Assembly (NCBI GenBank): GCA_951406725.2
Contig: OX597837.1
Coordinates: forward strand, 33,294,001-33,358,000
Source of the DNA: Octopus vulgaris
Lineage: Eukaryota
DNA length: 64,000 bases
Direction of reading: 5' to 3'
Shown: positions 54,567 to 64,000 of the stretch, piece by piece
Layout: every line of letters starts with the position of its first letter
How positions within the stretch are numbered: the stretch's first letter is position 1
Notes under the pieces: generated by a model
The model's database searches: none
Seen by the model: only the letters and a program-made list of their open reading frames with translations
Told to the model about the DNA's origin: nothing
Made by a program: the position numbers and the translations under genes

Positions 54567-56032
54567 TACTCGAGTACATCATCTGCAAGGAAAAACAGTA
54601 GTTAAGTTCCTGCTAGTTCTAACCTATTTAAGGCAATTTGAGATTAAAAACAAAAACACTGATAAACTATGTTGTGAAGATAAACACAAACATTAGCCAC
54701 TGACTGATATTTATTCTCCCCCACCACCACCACCACCACCACCACCACGACCACCACCACAAACAGGAAGCTGACAATGGCTGCTGCTAGTCAGCTGTGA
54801 TTGCTACTACAGAACACAAAGATGCTGCTGTTTCTGTTTAGATGTTAGCAGCAGCCAGAATAACAGGTCATTGAATTGTCACAGCAACCACAGCTCAATG
54901 CAGTAGCTCGACCTGGTAGAAATACCAATCAAATCTCTCTTAAATCACAGCCAATCCTCTCCAATAAAGGACATTGTAGGCGCAGGAGTGGCTGTGTGGT
55001 AAGTAGCTTGCTAACCAACCACATGGTTCCGGGTTCAGTCCCACTGCGTGGCACCTTGGGCAAGTGTCTTCTGCTATAGCCCCGGGCCGACCAATGCCTT
55101 GTGAGTGGATTTGGTAGACGGAAACTGAAAGAAGCCTGTCGTATATATGTATAAGTGTATGTGCTTGTGTGTCTGTGTTTGTTTGTGTGTCTGTGTTTGT
55201 CCCCCTAGCATTGCTTGACAACCAATGCTGGTGTGTTTACGTCCCCGTCACTTAGCGGTTCGGCAAAAGAGACCGATAGAATAAGTACTGGGCTTACAAA
55301 GAATAAGTCCCGGGGTCGATTTGCTTGACTAAAGGCGGTGCTCTAGCATGGCCGCAGTCAAATGACTGAAACAAGTAAAAGAGTAAAGAGAGTAAAAAGT
55401 AGAAGGAAGGTCTAGTTATGTGAAGCAAAGCATAAATCAAACAAGATGGTCACAGCTGGAATGCCTTTGATTATATGTTTGCTACACCACAGCTGACCTG
55501 GGGTTAAACGACAGTTTAATTATCATTATTATTATTATTATTATTAATATTACTATTAAGGCACTGGAGTCAAAGTAATTGATTTACCCCCACCTCGAAA
55601 TTGCTGGCCTTGTGCAAAAATTTGAAATCATTATTGTTGTTGTTAGTCATCGGCACAGGTATGGCTGTGTGGTAAGATGCTTGCCTCCCAGCCACCGGGT
55701 TCAATCCCACTGCATGGCACCTTGGGCAAGTGTCTTCTACTATAGCCTTGGGCCAACCAAAGCCTTGCGAGTGGATTTGGTAGATGGAAACTGAAAGAAG
55801 CCTGTCGTATATATGTATATATATATATGTATGTGTGTGTGTGTTTGTCCCCCTAGCATTGCCTGACAACCGATGCTGGTGTGTTTACGTCCCCGTCACT
55901 TAGCAGTTCGGCAAAAGAGACCGATAGAATAAGTACTGGGCTTACAAAGAATAAGTTCCGGGGTCGATTTGCTCGACTAAAGGCGGTGCTCCAGCATGGC
56001 CGCAGTCAAATGACTGAAACAAGTAAAAGAGT
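54113..56032 (+). mobile_element. Three young SINE A copies (54113-54529, 54978-55398, 55652-56032)
   Basis: Near-identical 3' bodies; the second copy interrupts a family E repeat. Confidence 0.92.
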
Positions 56033-56034
56033 AG

Positions 56035-56720
56035 CCAAAGACAACCTCAGCAGAATTTGATCTCAGAATGGAGACCGACAAGAAATTCTAGGAAACACTG
56101 TCTATAGTGCTAACGATTCTGCTCACTTACCATCTTTATAATAATAATAATCCTTTCTACCATAGGCACAAAGCCTGAAATTTGGGGGGAGGGGGGCAGT
56201 AAATTAGATTGATCCCAGTATACAACTGGTACTTACTTTATCAACTCTGAAAGGATGGAAGGCAAAGTCAACCTCAGTGGAATTTGAACTCAGAATGTAA
56301 AGATGGACAAAATGTTGATAAGCATTTTGCCTGGCATGCTAACGATTCTGCCAGCTCACCACCTTAATAATAATAATCCTTTCTACTCTAAGTATGGGGC
56401 CTGAAATTTGGAGGATGGGGCCCAGTCAATTACATCAACCCCAGGGCTCAAGTGGAGATCATTTCATCAACCCCAAAAGAGTAAAAGATAAGGTCAACCC
56501 CAGCAGAATTTGAACTCAGCAGCCTTTTGTCCATGTTGTAAGAATTTTTTTCCCAGCATGCTAACAATTCTGCCAAATCAGCACCTTTGTAATAAAAAAT
56601 AGTTTCTTATGTAGGCACCAGTCCAGAAATGTGGTGGGAGAGGAGACGGGGCAGTGTTTAGTTAACTAAACTGACCCCAGTACTTGACCAGTCCTTTTTT
56701 TGACCCCCTGAAAGGAAGAC
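56035..56720 (-). mobile_element. Head-to-tail array of diverged SINE B copies
   Basis: Repeated GAATTTGAACTCAG..GCTAACGATTCTGC motifs separated by (AAT)n. Confidence 0.8.
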
Positions 56721-57324
56721 AGACAAAACTGAACACAATGCAAAGTGACATCCCTAATTCTATCTGATAGTGTTCCCTCCACCTGCCAATGAATATAAAA
56801 ATTACATAAACAAACAAAACCATTTAATTAAAAGGCTCCAGATAGTTTGGGTCATCTGATCAGGAAGAACAGGAATAGATGTTTTTTAATCTTTGAGGAA
56901 TTACTGAGATTAATTAGTAATCAGCTGGAGATGTTAACTAGAGATAAATAAATAAAAAAAAAAAAAAAAAAAAAAGGAAGAGAAAAAAGCCTGAGATTCT
57001 GTTGGATTAGGAGCGGAAAATAGATTTGTTATAAGTCTAATGCATCTATTAATACCATCTGGCAGGAAAAGTAACAATATAAAACCTAGATTCACAAACT
57101 GGGAGAATGTATATCACTTTTGGCCTTCGGACAGGTTAATCTTCAAAAGTACTGCAGTGTGAGAGGTTTTCTAAGGTATGGAAGCAGGTCGAAAGCCAGT
57201 TCCTGATGAACTGGGAACTGCTCAAAGACTTTCGCTTTGATCAAGCAGAGCTCAAATTTGGCAGAGATTAACTTTGCCTTTCATTGATGAAACAAGTGGT
57301 TGTTAAACCCTAGGCAGGCTGTGA

Positions 57325-57610
57325 GTGGTTGCTCGATTTTAAAGAAATAGCTGCCAAATCTCTCTCTCAAATCACACAGTCACTGTCTTAAAACAGGAAT
57401 AAACTATGGCTCCTTCAGGATAAAGTAATATTAGATACATCTTAAAGACAGGATGCTGTTAATCAGGATGCCTTTAATCAATCATAGGCCCAACATGATC
57501 AGGCTGATCTAAGCCACACACACACAAACACACGCCAGTGAGGGGCACCTCGAAGCGGTCATTTTATCTGCTAGAAATAGCGACTAAAACTAAACCTCAC
57601 GCAAACAACT
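57325..57610 (+). repeat. Copy 1 of a ~290-bp duplicated segment (empty Helitron site at 57428|57429)
   Basis: Collinear with 59467-59574 plus 59976-60178. Confidence 0.9.
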
Positions 57611-57863
57611 GAGCAATGTATTCTGACCCATTACATTACATTCTTTAAAACACCCCATTGATAATTTCAAAAGCCCAGTCCTCTAATAATTCTGTTACAG
57701 AACAGAAAAGAAGGACAGAATAAGGGACTAAAGTTCTTTTTCCCCTTACATCAGAGAATTCCTCACTTCCTTCAAAATGAATGTAAACAATGTTAGTATG
57801 GTGCTTGTGATATCAAGTGTTTTATCGACACCAGTGTTCCACTGGCACTTCATTTAGCAACCC

Positions 57864-58090
57864 TTAACCCTTTAGTATTTAAACCGGCCATATCCGGCCA
57901 AAATGGTTAATCTGTTTTATGTTCAAACTGACCAGATCCAGGCTCTCACACCTACCCTACAATGTTATTCTACATTAAGTAATTACACCATCAAGATCTT
58001 GAAGATATGAGATAATGCATGATTAATTCAAATCAATGGGAATCAATTAGCATTATGTTTGATAGAATAATCTGAACACTAAAGGGTTAA
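57864..58090 (+). mobile_element. piggyBac-type MITE, family 1, inside an antisense SINE B
   Basis: TTAA TSD and TIRs; near-identical to 1434-1660. Confidence 0.9.
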
Positions 58091-58474
58091 AGGATAAAAA
58101 GTAAAGACAACCTCAGCAGAATTTGAACTCAGAATGTAAAGAGGGATGAAATGCCGCTAAACATTTCACCCAGCATGCAAACAATTCTGTCAGCTTGCCA
58201 TCTCAATAATAATATCTCAAATGCCAGGAAATGCAAAAAATGGAAGAAATTTTTAAAAAATAGTTTTCATGGGAATTGCTGATATCTTAAGAAAAATATT
58301 GTCTATGTAATTCCAAAAACATTTTGTGAACATTGTTAAAAGTACTTTTAAATGTACAAAATAGCAAACATCTTTCACTGTCCCCTTAAGGACACACTAT
58401 CATCCTCTCACCAAATTACTTTTAAAACAAAGTTCTAATTTTCTTTTGTTTTGACAGACATTCTCCAGAACAAT

Positions 58475-58869
58475 AGGCGCTCAGGAGTGGCTGTGTGGTA
58501 AGTAGCTTGCTAACCAACCACATGGCATCTTGGGCAAGTGTCTTCTGCTATAGCCCCGGGCCGACCAATGCCTTGTGAGTGGATTTGGTAGACGGAAACT
58601 GAAAGAAGCCTGTCGTATATATGTATATATATATATATATAAGTGTGTGTGTATATGTTTGTGTGTCTGTGTTTGTCCCCCTAGCATTGCTTGACAACCG
58701 ATGCTGGTGTGTGTTTACGTCCCCGTCACTTAGCGGTTCGGCAAAAGAGACCGATAGAATAAGTACTGGGCTTACAAAAGAATAAGTCCCGGGGTCGATT
58801 TGCTCGACTAAAGGCGGTGCTCCAGCATGGCCGCAGTCAAATGACTGAAACAAGTGAAAAAAAAGAGTA
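58475..58869 (+). mobile_element. Young SINE A lacking its B box
   Basis: 25-bp deletion between CATGG repeats relative to the 54113 copy. Confidence 0.9.
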
Positions 58870-59185
58870 ACAATACTCTGTGCAAAACCAATAAATATGG
58901 CACCCGAGTCATGACACTGACTTGAACTTCTAATTTGTCTCTTGAGGTCCCTGGAAGGGACTTGGAGTCAACTTGTACAAATAGAAAGCAAAAGCCAAAC
59001 AAATAATAATAATAATAATAATGCTTCTAATTAAGACAAGACCAGCAATTGAAAAGTGGCGGTGGGGGGGTTAATTGATTGTATTGGCTTCAGTAGTAGA
59101 CAGATACTTTTACATCATCGACTCCGGACTTCTCGGCCTTTCATCTCCTAAGGATCAATAAAAGAGTAAAATAAAGGAAAACAAT

Positions 59186-59217
<32 letters not shown>

Positions 59218-59574
59218 TACACACACAGATCCAAGAGAGGAAGTGTGACACACACATAATAGAAGTCAAAGAAGCCATTACTACTGAGGCTGCTGCTATT
59301 AGCAACAGGCTGGACGATATAAACAAACAGTTGAGCAATACAGAGACAACAAACAATGGAGACCACACCATAAACCTATTAATAGAAGAGGGCGAGGCAC
59401 AACTTCGGACTTTCGAGACGAAGCGCCCCGCGCGCGCGCACAAACTATAGAAGAGGGAGCCTCTTCGTGGTCGCTCGATTTTGAAGAAATAGCAGCCAAA
59501 TCTCTCTCTCTCTCAAATCACACAGTCACTGTCTTAAAACAGGAATAAACTATGGCTCCTTCAGGATAAAGTAA

Positions 59575-59975
59575 TCTTTATATATAAAAGTGAAATTGTG
59601 TGAGTGTCTGTCTCCTACGATTTAGATTCCTAACTACTCCCACATTTTGCGGTGCAGTTTAACCCAAACCGGGTATCTTATAGTCGTGATTCATATCAAG
59701 CCCTTCTGGGTATTAGCGCGTGTCTACGATGAGTCTACGATTTTAAAAATAATTTACCATCATTTTTTCACCATTTTTAATGCATTTTTTCGCTATTATA
59801 TAAGGGAAGTAACTCTCTAAAAATGTCTACGATGAGTCAACGATTTAAAAAAAAATTTACCATCATTTTTTTTTCCGTTTTTAATGCATTTTCTTGCTAT
59901 TTTTTGGCTATAACTCTCTAAAAATGCTTAGTTATTTCCCTTACAAACCCGAGCAACGCCGGGCGATACTGCTAG
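59575..59975 (+). mobile_element. Non-autonomous Helitron-like element with its boundaries defined by an empty paralogous site
   Basis: GATAAAGTAA|TC...CTAG|TATTAGATAC versus GATAAAGTAA|TATTAGATAC at 57419-57438. Confidence 0.93.
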
Positions 59976-60068
59976 TATTAGATACATCTTAAAGACGGGA
60001 TGCTTGTTAATCAGGACGCCTTTAATCGATCATAGGCCCTACATGATCAGGATGATCTAAGCACCCCC

Positions 60069-60099
<31 letters not shown>

Positions 60100-60493
60100 G
60101 CGCCAGTGAGGGGAGCCTCGAAGCGGTCATTTTATCTGCTAGAAATAGCGACTAAGACTAAACCTCACGCAAACAACTTTTCTGGATGGGGGACTTTTTT
60201 TTTTTTTGTGGATACATTCGACAGTTTAGTGTGAATTAAAAACGATGAGATGGTCACGGTGGGATCGGGATATCCTCGCGGCTCAACAATACACACATAC
60301 ATACACATATATATATATATTATACCTACTCAGCAATAAATAATTTTCTTACCTCTAAATTTAGTCGATAATGATAATTATAAGACATTGATCTTTCTCC
60401 TTTTTTTTTAAGCTCGAAATACAGATTAAAATTGACGTGAATGTGTGTTTGTGTGTGTGTATGTATGTGTCTGTGTGTGTGTGTGTATGTGTA

Positions 60494-60526
<33 letters not shown>

Positions 60527-60734
60527 CAGAGAGAGAGAGAGGGGGGGAGAGAGAGAATGAGTAGGTATATATATGCGTATGCAAATGTGTGCGTGTGTGA
60601 TTATATATATACATATGTATGTAAGAACGTGTGCATGTATGTGTATGTGAGTGTGTGTGTGTGTGTGTGTGTGCATGCGCGCGTCTGTTTTGATTTTAAC
60701 AGACGTACATATAGAGACGCGCGCAACGAGTGAG

Positions 60735-61420
60735 AGAGAAGGAGGAGGGTAGAGATACTGAGAGAGGAGGAGGAGGGTAGAGATACTGAGAGAGGAGGAG
60801 GAGGGTAGAGATACTGAGAGAGGAGGAGGAGGAGGAGGGTAGAGAGAGAGAGTGACAGAGAAAGTCAACGGTGAATAAAGACGAAGTAGATATGTAAAGA
60901 AGAAACAAGAGAAAGCGTAAACGGGTGAGAGAGGGGAGAGAGAGAGCAAACACGCGAGAGAGGGAGAAAGAGAGCAAACACGCGAGAGAGGGAGAGAGAG
61001 CAAACACGCGAGAGAGGGAGAGAGAGAGCAAACACGCGAGAGAGGGAGAGAGAGAGCAAACACGCGAGAGAGGGAGAGAGAACAAACACGCGAGAGAGGG
61101 AGAGAACACGCGAGTGAGGGAGGGAGTAAACACGCGATAGGGAGGGAGTAAACACGCGAGAGAGGGAGAGAGAGCAAACACGCGAGAGAGGGAGAGAGAG
61201 CAAACACGCAAGAGAGGAGAGAGAGCAAACACGCGAGAGAGAGGGAGAGAGAGCAAACACGCGAGAAAGGGAGAGAACACGCGAGTGAGGGAGGGAGTAA
61301 ACACGCGATAGGGAGGCAAACACGCGAGGGAGGGAGAGAACAAACACGCGAGAGGGAGGGAGTAAACACGTGAGAGAGAGGATGTAAACACGTGAGAGAA
61401 GGAGTAAACACGTGAGAAAA
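60735..61420. repeat. Purine-rich minisatellites: GAGAGAGGAGGAGGAGGGTAGAGATACT (~3 units) and AAACACGCGAGAGAGGGAGAGAGAGC-type (~19 units)
   Basis: Directly visible. Confidence 0.92.
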
Positions 61421-61475
61421 AAGGGGGGGAACGTACAAGTCTGAGGGAGTGAGAGACAGACAGACAGAAAGCAAA

Positions 61476-61511
<36 letters not shown>

Positions 61512-61907
61512 AGAGAAGCAGTAAGAAAGAGACGAAGAGTGTGGAGAAATATTGAATGAATAAAGATTTATAAAACTGGCTGGAACAGACTCCAACAGGA
61601 AATACTAGATAATGGAAGGGAGGAGGAGTGACTATAATGAGAGGAGGAGGAGGAGCAGGCAAGCAGGTAGATATAAGAGAATTGGTTTGAGATGAATGGA
61701 TAATCTATAGCAGCAGGTGTCGGTATATGAGAGTGTAGAAGGGAAAACGTGTTGGAGCAAACAGAAACGGTGCCAGACGTCAAATATCTTTGAGCTTCTC
61801 AGTTCAAATTATGCCAAAATCCAAATTTGTTTTTATCCTAATAAAATCACACACACACACAAAGTAGCTGTTTGTTACAGTTGTGTTCCGAGTTCAAATT
61901 CTACAGT

Positions 61908-61945
<38 letters not shown>

Positions 61946-62032
61946 GAGAACTGATCTACGGGTTGCCAGAGAAGAAACCCACCCCAAGGCAAGTGTTTTG
62001 GTCCTTAATTCCTTACACTCTAAGCGAGTTGG

Positions 62033-62284
62033 GCCAGGCCAGGCTGGACCTACATCCAGGTCGTGACTCCTGGGTGCCCTTCTCCAGACACTGTTTAGTC
62101 ACCTGGATATTAGAGACTTCTGCATTTAAACCACCTGGAGATCTCATCTAATTGGAACCAGGCCCAGCTCGACCCACATCCAGGTCGTGACTCCTGGGTG
62201 CCCTTCTCCAGACACTGTTTAGCCACCTGGATATTAGAGACTTCTGCATTTAAACCACCTGGAGAGTTCATCTAATTGGAACCA
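62033..62284. repeat. 124-bp tandem duplication
   Basis: 62047-62160 matches 62171-62284 with a few substitutions. Confidence 0.92.
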
Positions 62285-63584
62285 CTCTCAAACATATCCA
62301 TCACTCAATTTTAGATTGCCATCATTTGGCCCCTTGCATACCTTTAGTCAAGCCCACAATTAACCTCATCCAGGCCAGATCTCCAGTCTGGAGATAGCTT
62401 TCTCCCTCCATCGGTGACAGAGGCCCTGCAAGATCAAGTGTACTATCCCTCCACCTAATTTCATATACTATCCTCATTTTAATGTCGTTTCCAGGTCAAT
62501 GTGGCACCATAATATGACCAACATTAGTTCAGCTAGAGGAGTAGTCTCATAGAATTTAAAGTCTTTGGGCTTTAGACACATCAGAACTACAATGAGAACT
62601 GTCCCGAGACCAACCTTCAACTGTTTTCAAGCAAAATAATATCCCTCCCCACCTGGTCCTCCAAGCACAAACACCACTATGGCCAGACATGTTTTCAAGG
62701 AAGATTGCAAGCACATGAGCACAGTTAGTAAATATATAAAAACAACATTTATTGTTTATACAGCATCTGTACATTTTTTTTTTTTTTGTTAAACATAACT
62801 TGGAGAACTCATCCCACATCCCACCAAGAAACAGCTGGATGGAGATCTCCTGCCCGTTTCCATAATTACAAGAGAAAGGCTCTTGCAGTTTTTGGAGACA
62901 TTGCCGGTGAGCTAAACAAGAGCTGGCAGTTGACCTGCTGCTATGGATTCCAAAGCATGGCTCACAAACATGCACACACATATACAAATGTACACAAACA
63001 TGCATGCACGCACACACACATGTAAAATCTATATACCACTTCAAACAAAATATATGAAGTTTGCTTTCTAGGTTCAGTCATGGTGTGTGGCACCTTAGGC
63101 AAGTGGCCTTCACTCGAGCAAGTCATCCGGAAGCAACAGACGTAGATCAACTGACCAGAGATAGAGGATGCCTCACCAAAGACCTCCTATAACTAACGCA
63201 GGACCAGGATGAACAACATGCTTGACCAAACGGTTGCGATGATGCTCACATGCACATCGCAACACACCCACGCATATACAACCCACAAACCCAGCAAAGA
63301 ACTGATCATTGTACGATGTACGAGGAACGGAAATGTCTAGAAAAACAAAAAAGAAACAAAAAAAAATTATCGTTTCAAGGCAATTAAAACTTTATACAAC
63401 TATTTCCTGCCTGCGTTAATAAAATTCTTCAAATTCCAATTTTTGCTTGTATGTTTGTTTAAATAAACCTTAAATGCTTCTGTGGAAATCAACTTTCAAA
63501 TTTAGTCAGTGATTCAGTTTCTGTATTTTTCTGTATCTTTTATCCTTTGTTTTAGACATTACATTGCAGCCATGCTGTAGCACC

Positions 63585-63920
63585 ATCATCATCATCATCG
63601 TTTAGCGTCCGCTTTCCATGCTGGCATGGGTTGGAAGCCAGAAGGCTGCACCAGGCCCAGTCTGATCTGGCAATGTTTCTACGGCTGGATGCCCTTCCTA
63701 ATGCCAACCACTCCATGAGTGTAGTGAGTGCTTTTTACGTGGCACCGGCACGGGGGCCAGGCGAGGCTGGCAATGGCCACAATCGGATGGTGCATTTTAC
63801 ATGCCACCGGCACAGAAGCCAGTCAGGGTGGCACTGGCAACAGCCACTTTCGGATGGTTCTCTTATGTGCCACCAGCACTGGTGTCACAGCTACAATTTC
63901 CATTCATGCTGATCGATTTT
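63585..63920 (-). mobile_element. Repeat family D
   Basis: (CAT)n-CGTTTAGCGTCC..GCTGGATGCCCTTCCTAATGCCAACCAC. Confidence 0.8.
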
Positions 63921-64000
63921 AACTAGAAGAATTTTAGAATTGGCCCCAGGACTTTCTTTAAGACTGGTGCTAATTCTTATAATTCTCTTTTATTGAGCCG

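Noticed and set aside
62290-62960. Possible LINE or coding remnant (162-aa minus ORF)
   Set aside because: No motif I can recognise; it needs a BLASTX/HMM search.

Overview
This is eukaryotic, AT-rich, repeat-dense DNA. The SINE, MITE and microsatellite landscape strongly resembles an Octopus (cephalopod) genome; this is from recall and was not searched. The only convincing host coding sequence is the first coding exon (minus strand, CDS 8068->7254) of an RNF19A/B (Dorfin)-like RBR E3 ubiquitin ligase. It encodes a Q/N-rich tract, a RING1 domain and the start of the IBR. The rest appears to be intron or upstream sequence, with candidate non-coding 5' exons (best at 19020-19101) and a CpG-retaining, promoter-like zone near 59.4-61.4 kb. 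Repeats include several tRNA-derived SINE families, TTAA-flanked piggyBac-type MITEs, four non-autonomous Helitron-like elements, a decayed DD37D (maT) transposon, RTE and CR1/Jockey-like LINE remnants, and many micro/minisatellites. Nearly all other long ORFs in the track are repeat artefacts. I found no new protein-coding system. The most interesting signals are structural: a filled/empty Helitron site pair with one-directional CpG decay, SINE insertions flanked by 73-bp and ~117-bp duplications, an orphan 153-bp insert, minisatellites born inside TEs, and modular or inverted SINEs. Boundaries of degenerate repeats are approximate, and family letters A-E are my own labels.
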